From: an uncultured Nitrospiraceae bacterium
GTDB taxonomy: Bacteria > Nitrospirota > Thermodesulfovibrionia > Thermodesulfovibrionales > Dissulfurispiraceae
Direction of reading: 5' to 3'
Length of the DNA: 40,720 bases
Assembly (NCBI GenBank): GCA_947085205.1
Contig: CAMTVO010000028.1
Coordinates: 1-40,720, forward strand
How positions within the stretch are numbered: position 1 is the first letter of the stretch; the number at the start of each line of letters is the position of its first letter. The notes beneath the pieces are model-generated. The model did no database searches. It was not told the origin of the DNA and saw nothing but the letters and a program-made list of their open reading frames with translations. This document shows, piece by piece, positions 10,592 to 20,515 of the stretch. The translations under genes were made by a program, and so were the position numbers.

Positions 10592-11253
10592 TTCCGAATC
10601 CTTTCTATAGTAATCTTTACAGTCGCTTCCGATGCCTTTAGTCTTATATTCCTGCCGTTAGTATTAATTCTTACGCTCTGTGTTATATCCGAGTCGATAC
10701 CAGTTATATCTATAAGCTCTGTCCTCAACAGAGCGACTCTTGCAACTTCTGTCTTTGCGCCTTCTATTTCTATAGACAAAGGCCTTACATCTATAGACCT
10801 TACCTTATAGCCGTTTTCAGGGCTGCCGATGATATGCGCCCTAACAGGCACAACCTTTGATGTGGATTCGTCGAGGGTCACCTTTACGCTTGTGGGTTCA
10901 ATCCTGAGGACTTTTATAGTTCTTGGGATTACTATATTGCCCTTATCTAAGTAATATACAGCCTCTCCTTTTTTTGCATTTGAAAGATCAACACCAACCA
11001 TCGCATCCATCGGCCTCAATCCCTTTAGAAGCCTTTCGTGTCCGCTTATATTAAGACTCACCCTTTTTACATTTTGGCGCAGGATTTCCAGACCCTTAGG
11101 AATATTCTTAAACTCAATCGGTACATCTATAACTATCTCCGACTGCCCCCTGTATGTGACAAAGAACCAGAGAGACATGGCCAGTGCTACTGATAGTATC
11201 TTCACCCCGATATCGCTGCCTATATTGCTGATTATTCCTTTTTTCTTCATCAT
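10588..11253 (-). CDS. cdaR: YbbR/CdaR-family regulator of diadenylate cyclase
   Basis: N-terminal TM (KILSVALAMSLW) plus two beta-rich YbbR-like repeats; cdaA-cdaR-glmM synteny. Confidence 0.88.
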   Translation of the reverse strand: MMKKKGIISNIGSDIGVKILSVALAMSLWFFVTYRGQSEIVIDVPIEFKNIPKGLEILRQNVKRVSLNISGHERLLKGLRPMDAMVGVDLSNAKKGEAVYYLDKGNIVIPRTIKVLRIEPTSVKVTLDESTSKVVPVRAHIIGSPENGYKVRSIDVRPLSIEIEGAKTEVARVALLRTELIDITGIDSDITQSVRINTNGRNIRLKASEATVKITIERIRK

Positions 11254-12032
11254 CTGTTTTTAGGACCCTTTTCCTTTTTGGACTCTGTAAACAGGTCTGT
11301 GAGCATATCCCTTAATGTTCCCATATCAATGCTGGTCTCCAATGTCCCATGGATCGCCACAGAGATAGTTCCAGTCTCCTCGGAAACTATAATTGCAACT
11401 GCATCCGTCTCCTCTGTAATGCCAATACCTGCTCTATGCCGGGTGCCAAGGGCCTTGCTGACTTCAGTGCCGAGGGTAATGGGCAAAAAACACCCGGCAG
11501 CAACAACCCTATTGCCGCGAATTACAACCGCGCCGTCGTGGATTGGTGATGTAGGATGAAATATGCTCAAAAGCAATTCCTTTGAGACCTTTGCATCAAG
11601 GGATGTTCCGATTTCGATATAATCTTTAAGACTGACATCCCTCTCAATAACAATCAAGGCGCCGACTTTCCTGTTTGCAAGAGCCACCGCAGCCCTTAGT
11701 ATCTCCTCAAGGGATTTCAGCTCTTCCGCAGAAGTCAACCCCTGAAGGAATGAAGACTCTCCCATCTGGGCAAGCGCCCTTCTTATTTCCGGCTGAAAAA
11801 GGACTATAAGAACTATGACCACCTGAGCCCAGAAGCTCTGGATAATCCAGTCCATCGTATAAAGCTGGAGATACCTTGAAAAGAAGGATGCAATCAAGAG
11901 AATGCCAAGGCCTGCAAGCATCTGTGCAGCCTTTGTGCCCTTGATGATGAGAAGCACTCTATAAAGGATTATTGAGACGATTATTATATCAAGCAAATCC
12001 TGCCATCTGATCTGTCTCAATAAGTCTAACAA
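11250..12032 (-). CDS. cdaA: Diadenylate cyclase CdaA (DacA)
   Basis: Three TM helices, FQPEIRRAL, HDGA and GTRHRA catalytic motifs. Confidence 0.96.
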   Translation of the reverse strand: MLDLLRQIRWQDLLDIIIVSIILYRVLLIIKGTKAAQMLAGLGILLIASFFSRYLQLYTMDWIIQSFWAQVVIVLIVLFQPEIRRALAQMGESSFLQGLTSAEELKSLEEILRAAVALANRKVGALIVIERDVSLKDYIEIGTSLDAKVSKELLLSIFHPTSPIHDGAVVIRGNRVVAAGCFLPITLGTEVSKALGTRHRAGIGITEETDAVAIIVSEETGTISVAIHGTLETSIDMGTLRDMLTDLFTESKKEKGPKNR

Positions 12033-12063
12033 GGGTTCTCCTCGCTTTAGATTTTAATGCGTA

Positions 12064-12072
12064 ATTATAACA
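12064..12072 (-). promoter_or_regulatory. Extended -10 element upstream of cdaA
   Basis: Minus strand TGTTATAAT about 30 nt upstream of the TTG start. Confidence 0.45.
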
Positions 12073-12087
12073 TAAGAGAGATGGTTG

Positions 12088-13476
12088 CTATAAATTTAGA
12101 AAGGGTGAAGGCATAATGCCGATGATAAAGACCATTAGCACAGTTATCAGTATTGCAAGGCCTAATGACGGTGATGGGGTTATTGCTGCCTCCTCTTTCA
12201 TCTCTTTCATGTACATGTTCATTACTACCCTCAGATAGTAGTAAGCGGAGATGGCGCTGAATATTACGGCTATCACAACAAGCCATGTGTATCCTGCATT
12301 TATAACTGCCATAAAGAGGTTGAACTTGCCTATAAATCCTGCTGTGGGAGGTATTCCTGCGAGGGAAAACATAAATACGAGCATTGCCGCCGATATAAAC
12401 GGATGTTTTCTTGTAATACCCTCATAAGACTTTATCTCCTCCTTTTCCAGAAGTATTACCACTGCAAACGCCCCCATGTTCATAAATGCATATATGAGCA
12501 TGTACACCATCATGGCATCCATTCCTTCTTTTGTGCCCGGTATTATTCCCAGCAGCATATACCCTGCATGGGCTATGGATGAATATGCGAGCATTCTCTT
12601 TATGTTTGTCTGCGCCAATGCAAGCATGTTCCCCACCACAATAGTGATTATCGCTATGGCAATGAGTATTGTTCCCCAGTCCATTCTTGCCGAACCCAAT
12701 GCATCAAAAAAGACCCTGCCGAAAGCCGCAAAAGCCGCCGCCTTTGGGCCTATAGACATGAAGGCGGTTATCGGTGTGGGCGCTCCTTCGTACGCATCAG
12801 GGGCCCACATGTGGAATGGAGCCGCTGCTATTTTGAATGAAAAGGCCACTGCCATAGAGATAACGGCAAGCAGCATAACCGGATTTGCAGCAAGGCCGGT
12901 TTTTGCAATGTAATCGGCCACTGCTTTAAGGTTTGTGGTGCCGGTGAGGCCGTATATCATCGCTATGCCATAGAGCAGGATCGCAGTTGCAAATGTCCCT
13001 AAAAGAAAATATTTCAAGGAGGCTTCATTTGATTTCAGGTTGTGCCGCAGAAAACCGGTAAGGACATAAGTGCTCAATGACATGAGTTCGAGTCCAAGAT
13101 ATAGGACTATCAGGTCTCCGGCAGATGCCATGAGCATCATACCGATGGATGCAAGAAGAACAAGGCTGTAATATTCGCCGGAATGCCTCTCATCTACGGC
13201 GCTATAATTTATAGACATCAGGGCAGTCAGGGAAATATTCAGCATGAAAATATACTTGAAAAACATGCCATAGCCGTCGGATATGAACATGCCGTTAAAG
13301 GCGGTTCCTGCGGAGATCGGAATTACATAAGCTGCCGCAGCAGCGCTGAGTATGCTCAAAAAAGCCATAATGCTTTTCTTCTTAACCGCCAATCCTGCCA
13401 AAAAAACAGAGAGTGTAAGAACAGTCATTAGTATTTCAGGGAATAACGGCCCCAGTTCTCTCATCAGTTCAATCAT
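12088..13476 (-). CDS. nuoN: Complex I-like antiporter subunit N
   Basis: LELMSL, EASLKYFLLG, FKIAAAPFHMWAPDAYEGAP, KRMLAYSSIAH, SLAGIPPTAGFIGK. Confidence 0.95.
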   Translation of the reverse strand: MIELMRELGPLFPEILMTVLTLSVFLAGLAVKKKSIMAFLSILSAAAAAYVIPISAGTAFNGMFISDGYGMFFKYIFMLNISLTALMSINYSAVDERHSGEYYSLVLLASIGMMLMASAGDLIVLYLGLELMSLSTYVLTGFLRHNLKSNEASLKYFLLGTFATAILLYGIAMIYGLTGTTNLKAVADYIAKTGLAANPVMLLAVISMAVAFSFKIAAAPFHMWAPDAYEGAPTPITAFMSIGPKAAAFAAFGRVFFDALGSARMDWGTILIAIAIITIVVGNMLALAQTNIKRMLAYSSIAHAGYMLLGIIPGTKEGMDAMMVYMLIYAFMNMGAFAVVILLEKEEIKSYEGITRKHPFISAAMLVFMFSLAGIPPTAGFIGKFNLFMAVINAGYTWLVVIAVIFSAISAYYYLRVVMNMYMKEMKEEAAITPSPSLGLAILITVLMVFIIGIMPSPFLNL

Positions 13477-15005
13477 TTCAGCACCTCGATAATGCCTTTT
13501 ACAGCAGTGATTTCCTGACCGCCTGCACCGAACCTCTCGAGGAGATGCTGAACAGATGCCTGCGTGTAGCTTATAAGCACTGACGGTTGCAATCCCAGAT
13601 AAAAAACAAGGAAAACAAGGGGAACAAGCATTAATACCTCCCTCATGCCCATATCGTGAAGGTGTTCCTTTACCTTCGGATTAACATCAAACAAGAAAAT
13701 CCTGTAATAGAGCCACACCATGTACGCTACACCCAGTATAACCCCTGCGATAGAAACGGCACCCAGAGTCATTCTTACCTTAAACGCGCCGCTCAGGATA
13801 AGAAACTCGCCTATAAAAGAACTCATTCCAGGGAACCCGCTTCCTGCAAGCGCGAAAATGGTAAAAAAGACTGTGAATATCGGCATAGCGCGGGCAAGCC
13901 CTCCGTAGTCTTCAATCCTTCTCGTATGCGTCCTTTCGTATATAACCCCGATGCACATAAAAAGCGCACCTGTGACAATGCCATGACTTATCATCTGGAA
14001 TATCCCGCCCTCCATTCCTGTCCGGTTCAGTGAGAATAAGCCGAGGGTAACAAAGCCCATGTGGCTGACGCTTGAATATGCAATGAGCCTCTTAATATCC
14101 TTCTGCATCAGTGTAACAAAGGCGCCGTATACAATCGCTACGACAGAGAGCACGAGCATCGGCATGAAAAATATCTTTACCGCATCGGGGAACATCGGCA
14201 TCGAAAACCTGAGAAAGCCGTATGCGCCCATCTTAAGAAGTATTCCTGCAAGGATGACGCTTCCTGCCGTGGGCGCCTCTGTATGGGCATCCGGAAGCCA
14301 TGTATGCAGGGGGAACATCGGCACCTTGACTGCAAATGCCATGAAGAATGCCAGGAAAAGCCATATCTGAAGATTCACCGGGTAATGCGTCTTTGCAAGC
14401 GCAAGAATGTCGAATGTCCCGCCTCCGGCATAATAGAGCGCGATTATTCCGACCAGCATCAGGACGCTTCCGGCTAATGTAAAGAGGACAAATTTTATTG
14501 CTGCATATACCCTGTTCGACCCGCCCCAGATGCCTATAAGGAGGAACATCGGTATGAGCATTGCTTCCCATAGGATATAGAAGAGAACCAGATCCATGGC
14601 GGCAAAAACACCGGTCATGGCCATTTCCATTAAAAGGATTGCCGAATAAAACAACTTTATCTTTTCCTGCACAGCCTTCCATGAGACCAAAACGCAGAGC
14701 ACGCCGATTATTGTTGAAAGGAGCACAAATAGAATGCTTATCCCGTCTACACCGACCGCATAATTTAAATTCCATGCCGGTATCCATGGATAACTCTCGA
14801 CAAACTGCATCTTATATGTGGTCTTATCGAAATGTATATAGAGGGGCAATGAAACAACCAATGTTGCAAAGGTGGTTAAAAGGGCAGTCCACCGGATTGC
14901 ATAGGCATTCCTCAGAAGGGATATCAATAATGCCCCCGCCAAAGGAAGGAAAATAGTTATTGAAAGTATAGGGTAGCCGAGCCTGTTAAGTATTATGTCT
15001 TCCAT
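13473..15005 (-). CDS. nuoM: Complex I-like antiporter subunit M
   Basis: VGVDGIS, WEAMLIPM, AVKVPMFPLHTWLPDAHTEAPT, KRLIAYSSVSHMG, FIGEF. Confidence 0.95.
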   Translation of the reverse strand: MEDIILNRLGYPILSITIFLPLAGALLISLLRNAYAIRWTALLTTFATLVVSLPLYIHFDKTTYKMQFVESYPWIPAWNLNYAVGVDGISILFVLLSTIIGVLCVLVSWKAVQEKIKLFYSAILLMEMAMTGVFAAMDLVLFYILWEAMLIPMFLLIGIWGGSNRVYAAIKFVLFTLAGSVLMLVGIIALYYAGGGTFDILALAKTHYPVNLQIWLFLAFFMAFAVKVPMFPLHTWLPDAHTEAPTAGSVILAGILLKMGAYGFLRFSMPMFPDAVKIFFMPMLVLSVVAIVYGAFVTLMQKDIKRLIAYSSVSHMGFVTLGLFSLNRTGMEGGIFQMISHGIVTGALFMCIGVIYERTHTRRIEDYGGLARAMPIFTVFFTIFALAGSGFPGMSSFIGEFLILSGAFKVRMTLGAVSIAGVILGVAYMVWLYYRIFLFDVNPKVKEHLHDMGMREVLMLVPLVFLVFYLGLQPSVLISYTQASVQHLLERFGAGGQEITAVKGIIEVLK

Positions 15006-15014
15006 GTTTTATCC

Positions 15015-16778
15015 TCATAACAGTAGAATCAGTATTACAACTGCACATATCCCCCCACTCATTATAAAGGCGTAGTCGTGAACCTTACCGCTTTGTACAA
15101 TGCGCATGACCGCACTCCATGCGACCGTCAACCTTCCTATACCGTTGACTGCCCCGTCAACTACCTTTATATCAAAGGATCGCAAAATACCTGCAATCTT
15201 CATCACAGGTTTTATCACCATAAATTCGTATGCCTCTCCTACGACATTGTATTCAAATCTTACAATGGGCTTATTTACAAGCCATAAAAATGCCTTTGCC
15301 CCTTTTCTGTAGAACCAGTCCGTGTCGAGGTTGATCGCCCTGATTTCAGCAGGGTATATGCCGGAGAGCATAAGGAGACTAAAGGCCAGCGCTGAAAAGA
15401 ATAAAAGCTGAAGCTGGTCGATAACATGGGCTGCCGTATACGGCACATAATCTACGGGATAGGGGAGAATGGAATAAAGAAACCCTGGAAATACCCCGAT
15501 GAAAATGCACAAAAATGCGGCAATGCCCATGGCGAGAAGCATGTTGATGGGAGGCTCCTTTGTCCTTATACCCGAGTCGTGGGAGAAAAATGCAAAGAAT
15601 GGGATTTTTATTCCTGAATGGTGAAAAACGCCTGCCGAGGCAAACACCAGCGCAAACCATACGGGTATCAGTCCTTCAACACCCGATGCGCTGACGATCA
15701 TCGATTTACTCACAAACCCGTTCGTCAGCGGAAATCCTGAAATGGATGCAGCGCCCACTATGCAGAAAATTGTCGTTAAGGGCATAGTCTTGTATAATCC
15801 GCCCAGATCCGTGGCGTTAATCTTGCCTGTCTGGTGCAGCACTGCGCCCATGGACATAAACAGCAGCGCCTTATATAGGATATGACAGAAGGCATGAGCG
15901 ACCGTACCGTTCAGCGAAAGGGTTGTGCCTATTCCGACTCCCACCACCATAAATCCGACCTGGTTGATAAGGCTATAGGAAAGAACCCTCCTCAGATTGT
16001 TTTCTATGACGGCATAAAAGATGGGAAATGCCGTCATCGTAGCCCCGATCCAGATTAACATCTCTGTGCCCGGGAATCCCCTTGCCAGGACATAAACAGC
16101 CGATTTGGTGGTAAAGGCGCTTAAAAATACCGTGCCTGAAAAAGTCGATTCCGGGTAGGCATCAGGGAGCCATGAATGAAGAATGGGGAAGGCGGCATTT
16201 ATCCCGAATCCTAAAAGTATAAGATATGATGCCGGACCGTCCAGTCCTATGAATGAGAATACAAGGGAGCCTGTATCATGGTAGTGCAAGGTTATTCCTG
16301 CAAGGAGGCAAAGACCTCCGGCAATATGAACCAGCAGATAACGCAGTCCTGCACCCCGGGACGCCTCTGTTTTACTTGCCCATATAAGATAGGCAGCGGA
16401 AAAGGCCATTATCTCCCAGAATAAAAATAGAGTCAAGAAATCCCCTGAAAAGACAACACCCTGGGCGCTTCCGGCATAGATAAAGCCGGCAATGTGCTGC
16501 CCGTCGTCTTTTACCCGAAGGGAGTAAAGAACAGATATGAATGAGACAAGGGCAAAGATATATCCGAATGCCAGGCTGAGCTTATCGACCCTTCCGAAAA
16601 TGAGTTCATACCCCAAAAAATTCACAATCCAATATGTGCCCTCATGCATACTGAGCAGGCTTATGGAGGCAAGGACAGGCAGCAGCAATAAATAGACGGA
16701 TTTCAACCTCCCTCTTAAAAAGAAAATGATAGGCGCGCCGATGATAAAGATTGCGGCAGGCGCAACGGCATTAATCAT
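15015..16778 (-). CDS. MrpD-like antiporter subunit with NuoL-type C-terminal lateral helix (functional NuoL substitute)
   Basis: FWEIM, HSWLPDAYPE, RRVLSYSLINQVG antiporter core. C-terminus DIKVVDGAVNG...VQSGKVHDYA plus a final TM resembles the NuoL tail. Confidence 0.8.
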   Translation of the reverse strand: MINAVAPAAIFIIGAPIIFFLRGRLKSVYLLLLPVLASISLLSMHEGTYWIVNFLGYELIFGRVDKLSLAFGYIFALVSFISVLYSLRVKDDGQHIAGFIYAGSAQGVVFSGDFLTLFLFWEIMAFSAAYLIWASKTEASRGAGLRYLLVHIAGGLCLLAGITLHYHDTGSLVFSFIGLDGPASYLILLGFGINAAFPILHSWLPDAYPESTFSGTVFLSAFTTKSAVYVLARGFPGTEMLIWIGATMTAFPIFYAVIENNLRRVLSYSLINQVGFMVVGVGIGTTLSLNGTVAHAFCHILYKALLFMSMGAVLHQTGKINATDLGGLYKTMPLTTIFCIVGAASISGFPLTNGFVSKSMIVSASGVEGLIPVWFALVFASAGVFHHSGIKIPFFAFFSHDSGIRTKEPPINMLLAMGIAAFLCIFIGVFPGFLYSILPYPVDYVPYTAAHVIDQLQLLFFSALAFSLLMLSGIYPAEIRAINLDTDWFYRKGAKAFLWLVNKPIVRFEYNVVGEAYEFMVIKPVMKIAGILRSFDIKVVDGAVNGIGRLTVAWSAVMRIVQSGKVHDYAFIMSGGICAVVILILLL

Positions 16779-17013
16779 AGTATCCCTCCTTCCTTTTTAT
16801 CAGAGGCCGTAATATGTATTTTGCTGCAAGGACAAGCACTACGCAGGCAACGAATCCAAAGGCGGCATAAAAGGACGGATAACCCTCGAATGCAAAATAT
16901 GGGTGTTTGTGGACAAAAAGGTCGATGACTATAAGCGCTATTAGCGAAGCAAAGAACACCTTCAGAAATTTCTTCAGATTTCCCGGCTTGTCGAAAAAAT
17001 GTTTCTTTTCCAT
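16771..17013 (-). CDS. Small 2-TM membrane protein (80 aa) associated with Mrp-like subunits
   Basis: Two hydrophobic segments, GAGG RBS, overlaps the next start; C-terminal RKEGYYD. Confidence 0.8.
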   Translation of the reverse strand: MEKKHFFDKPGNLKKFLKVFFASLIALIVIDLFVHKHPYFAFEGYPSFYAAFGFVACVVLVLAAKYILRPLIKRKEGYYD

Positions 17014-17023
17014 ATTATTTTCC

Positions 17024-17161
17024 TCAAAGACTTTTTAGAAAAATTACTGCAAGATACAGGATGCCCACTAAAAAGACTATGTAAAACGCTGTTCTGTAAC
17101 CCGAAACAGGCTCATGGCTTAGTTCCATGATCTCCTTTTTTTCTTCCTGTTGTCCAGACAT
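17024..17161 (-). CDS. Unannotated 45-aa single-TM protein
   Basis: Translated by hand: MSGQQEEKKEIMELSHEPVSGYRTAFYIVFLVGILYLAVIFLKSL*; GGAG RBS; fills the operon gap exactly; below the ORF-track length cutoff. Confidence 0.75.
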   Translation of the reverse strand: MSGQQEEKKEIMELSHEPVSGYRTAFYIVFLVGILYLAVIFLKSL

Positions 17162-17173
17162 CTTAAAATCTCC

Positions 17174-18652
17174 TCATTTAACTATCAGATTCGCAAAATT
17201 TATTATAAGATCAGGGTAAAAGCCCAAAATCACGCTTATTACGGCACATAAAAACAAAGGCGCTACCAGCATCGGATTTTCCTTGATCTCTTCGTGATGA
17301 TGATGGTCATCTTCTGCTTTTTCAAAAAATGCCTTATAAACTATCGGCACAAAATAAGAAGCATTGAGCAAGGTGCTTGTAAGCAGCACCATGAGAACCG
17401 TTAGACTCTCCCTTTCCATAGCCCCCACCAGTAGATACCACTTTGTAATAAAACCTCCCGCCGACGGCACGCCGATCATGCCCATAGCGCCGATGGCAAA
17501 GGCAGCCATCGTCCAAGGCATCTTCCTGCCGATACCGCTCAACTGGCTTATTTCGGTCTTATGCGCCGATACATAAAGGGAGCCTGCGCAGAAAAATAGG
17601 GTAATCTTTGCAAAGGCATGGTTGGTTATGTGTATTATCCCGCCGATCATTCCGCTTGTCGTTAAAAGCGCTCCGCCGAGGACAATGTAAGACAATTGAC
17701 TGATTGTAGAGTATGCCAGCCGTGCCTTCAGGTTGTCTCTACTGATGGCAATCACGGATGCCATGACTATGGTGAATGATGCAAAGAAGATCGCATAGTT
17801 ATCGGCGCCGATGTTTTTCAAGAGATCTGTTCCGAAGACAAAAAATATCACCCGCAATACTGAAAAGACGCCGGTCTTCACAACAGCCACTGCATGAAGA
17901 AGGGCGCTGACAGGCGTGGGAGCAACCATTGCTGCAGGGAGCCAGCCGTGCAAAGGCATAACTGCACACTTTGCAAAACCAAAGAGATAAAGAAGAAACA
18001 GCACGCTGATCAGCACAGGATGGGCCGCCTTTACCGCATCAGGGAATAAGCCTCCTTTTGTAAATTCGAGGGTCCCCGCGAGGTTGTAAGTCAAAATAAT
18101 GGCTGCCACAAGAAATGCCTTTGCAGCGCCGAGCAGGTAAATAGCGTATTTCCTCGCTCCCACCTTCGATTCAGGAAGCTTCTTATGGGAAACAAGGGGA
18201 TATGTGATTATTGTCAAACCCTCGTAGAATAAAAACAGCGTAAAGAGATTTGCTGAAAACGCCACCCCCATTGTAGTGGAAAGGGCAATGGCAAAGCATG
18301 AGAAGTATCGTGTCTGGGAGTGTTCGTTAAGGGGCCTCATGTAGCCGATAGAATAAAAGGTCGTCACGATCCAGAGGAAGGAAGCGCCTAATGCAAAGAG
18401 TATTCCAAAGGCATCTGCCCTGAACTTTATATCGATACCCGGCATCAAGTGAAAAAGAGTATACTCTATGGTCTTTCCATCGAGCACAGCAGGAACCATA
18501 GAGGCCACGAGAAGAAATTTCACTACCCCCGCAGCAACGGACCAGAACTCCCTGAGGTTCTGCCTCTTCTGTCCTGTCAGGATAATAAGAAATGTAGCTG
18601 CAACAGAAACCAGTACAGTAAGCAGAGGAATTATAGATGTAATTTTTTCCAT
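17174..18652 (-). CDS. MrpD-family (extra M-like) antiporter subunit
   Basis: FYEGL, AKCAVMPLHGWLPAAMVAPTPVSALLHAVAVVK, KARLAYSTISQL, GFITKW. Confidence 0.88.
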   Translation of the reverse strand: MEKITSIIPLLTVLVSVAATFLIILTGQKRQNLREFWSVAAGVVKFLLVASMVPAVLDGKTIEYTLFHLMPGIDIKFRADAFGILFALGASFLWIVTTFYSIGYMRPLNEHSQTRYFSCFAIALSTTMGVAFSANLFTLFLFYEGLTIITYPLVSHKKLPESKVGARKYAIYLLGAAKAFLVAAIILTYNLAGTLEFTKGGLFPDAVKAAHPVLISVLFLLYLFGFAKCAVMPLHGWLPAAMVAPTPVSALLHAVAVVKTGVFSVLRVIFFVFGTDLLKNIGADNYAIFFASFTIVMASVIAISRDNLKARLAYSTISQLSYIVLGGALLTTSGMIGGIIHITNHAFAKITLFFCAGSLYVSAHKTEISQLSGIGRKMPWTMAAFAIGAMGMIGVPSAGGFITKWYLLVGAMERESLTVLMVLLTSTLLNASYFVPIVYKAFFEKAEDDHHHHEEIKENPMLVAPLFLCAVISVILGFYPDLIINFANLIVK

Positions 18653-18671
18653 TCTTTATCCTTTTGGTCCC

Positions 18672-18980
18672 TTACCCCTTCAAGATATCCATCTCATCCA
18701 TGTGCGGCGTGGGTTTGTTCCTGAAGGCCGCTATCACCAAAGCAAGTCCCACCGCAACACCGGCTCCGGCGCATGCGATTACAAAAAAAACAAGCACCTG
18801 TCCACGCATATCCTGCATATAATGGCTCAGGGCTAACAGGCTTATATTGACGCCGTTGAGCATAAGCTCGATGGACATGAACATCATGATGATGTTTCTC
18901 CTTATGAGAAAGCCGAATACGCCGATTATGAATACGACAGCGCCGAGCATAAGGTACCATGTGAGAGGGACGGGGTTCAT
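18672..18980 (-). CDS. nuoK: Complex I subunit K
   Basis: 102 aa, 3 TM, RRNII...SIELMLNGVN. Confidence 0.93.
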   Translation of the reverse strand: MNPVPLTWYLMLGAVVFIIGVFGFLIRRNIIMMFMSIELMLNGVNISLLALSHYMQDMRGQVLVFFVIACAGAGVAVGLALVIAAFRNKPTPHMDEMDILKG

Positions 18981-19495
18981 GCCTTCCTCCCTTTAACGGC
19001 CAAAACCACCGCAGCAATCATGGGAACAAAGAGCACGAGGGCCAGGATCATAAAGGGGAATACGTATTCGTTAAATAATACCGTTCCCAAAACCTTTGTG
19101 TGGGTTTCGCTCTGTATATATTCGATGGAATATTTTCCATGCGGCGCGATCACGGCATACTGTAAGACAAGCATTATTCCAAGCAGTAATGCTGCTGCTA
19201 CGAAACCCCTCCCCTGCCATGAACTTATAAACCGCCGCCCTTTAAACTCCTCCTTAACATTAAGGAGCAGGACAACAAAAAGGAAAAGCACTAAAATGGC
19301 GCCTGCATAAACTATTATCTGTATAGCTGCGATAAATTCGGCATTCAAAAACAGATAAAGGCCTCCGATATGGACAAAGAGGAGGAGCATCCACATAATG
19401 CCGTGCACCAGGTTTTTCCGCGTTATCGCCAGCAAGGACAGTATGGTTATCATTGCGGCAAAGTACCCAAAAAATAATTTCGGCAGCATATCCAC
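18977..19495 (-). CDS. nuoJ: Complex I subunit J
   Basis: LNAEFIAAIQIIVYAGAILVLFLFVVLLL motif. Confidence 0.93.
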   Translation of the reverse strand: MDMLPKLFFGYFAAMITILSLLAITRKNLVHGIMWMLLLFVHIGGLYLFLNAEFIAAIQIIVYAGAILVLFLFVVLLLNVKEEFKGRRFISSWQGRGFVAAALLLGIMLVLQYAVIAPHGKYSIEYIQSETHTKVLGTVLFNEYVFPFMILALVLFVPMIAAVVLAVKGRKA

Positions 19496-19510
19496 TCCGT
19501 AATATTTACT

Positions 19511-20512
19511 TTACAGCCATCTCTTCACAAAGGCTGTTATTAAAACATTCACGAATGCCAGGGGCATCAGCACCTTCCATCCGATTGCCATGAGCTGATC
19601 ATACCTGTATCTCGGCAATGTCGCCCTTATCCAGTAATAAAAGAACATGAATGCATACACCTTCACGAGAAACCATATAATCCCCGGCACGTATGACAGG
19701 AACGGCATTGCATTTGTCATAAACATGGGAATCGTCCAGCCTCCCAGAAAACAAAGCGCGGCAACGGCGGACATTGTGAGCATCGCGACATACTCGCCGA
19801 GAAAGAAAAATGCGAACCTGAAACCGCTGTATTCGGTGAAATAACCGGCAACCAGTTCCGACTCAGCCTCGGGAAGGTCAAAGGGCGCCCTGTTTGTCTC
19901 GGCAAAGGCGGCAACGACAAATACAAAGAAACCCAGAAACTGGGGGAATGCGAACATGCCCAGAGGATGCTGGTGTTGTGCTCTTACAATATCGGAAAGG
20001 TTCAACGAACCTGCCATAAGCATCACTCCTACCAGGCTAAGTCCCATGGCTATCTCGTAGCTTATTAACTGGGCGGCAGACCTCAATCCCCCCAAGAAAG
20101 AATATTTCGAATTTGACGACCATCCTGCAATCACAATACCGTAAACGCTGAGTGAGGTTATAACGAGCAAAAAAAGTAGTCCGATGTTGATATCCGCAAT
20201 TACAAACCCGTCGAAAAAGGGCAGAACGGAAAGCGCTGTCATTGCCGATATTACGACTATGGCAGGGGCGATATAAAACAATGGCCTGTCTGCACTCGCA
20301 GGGATTATATCCTCCTTAAAAAACAATTTGATCATGTCGGCAACGGGTTGAAGGAGTCCGTGCGGCCCCACCTCCATAGGGCCGTACCGGGCCTGCATCC
20401 GTCCTATTATCTTGCGCTCAAAATAAGTAGCGTATGCCACATGAAAAAGCACGATGCCGAAGACGACAGTTATCTTTATTGCTATTATTGCCAGTGTCAT
20501 TACAAAGTCCAT
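19511..20512 (-). CDS. nuoH: Complex I subunit H
   Basis: ERK...QARYGP, GLLQPVAD, AETNRAPFDLPEAESELVAG, PRYRYDQLM. Confidence 0.96.
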   Translation of the reverse strand: MDFVMTLAIIAIKITVVFGIVLFHVAYATYFERKIIGRMQARYGPMEVGPHGLLQPVADMIKLFFKEDIIPASADRPLFYIAPAIVVISAMTALSVLPFFDGFVIADINIGLLFLLVITSLSVYGIVIAGWSSNSKYSFLGGLRSAAQLISYEIAMGLSLVGVMLMAGSLNLSDIVRAQHQHPLGMFAFPQFLGFFVFVVAAFAETNRAPFDLPEAESELVAGYFTEYSGFRFAFFFLGEYVAMLTMSAVAALCFLGGWTIPMFMTNAMPFLSYVPGIIWFLVKVYAFMFFYYWIRATLPRYRYDQLMAIGWKVLMPLAFVNVLITAFVKRWL

Positions 20513-20515
20513 TTT

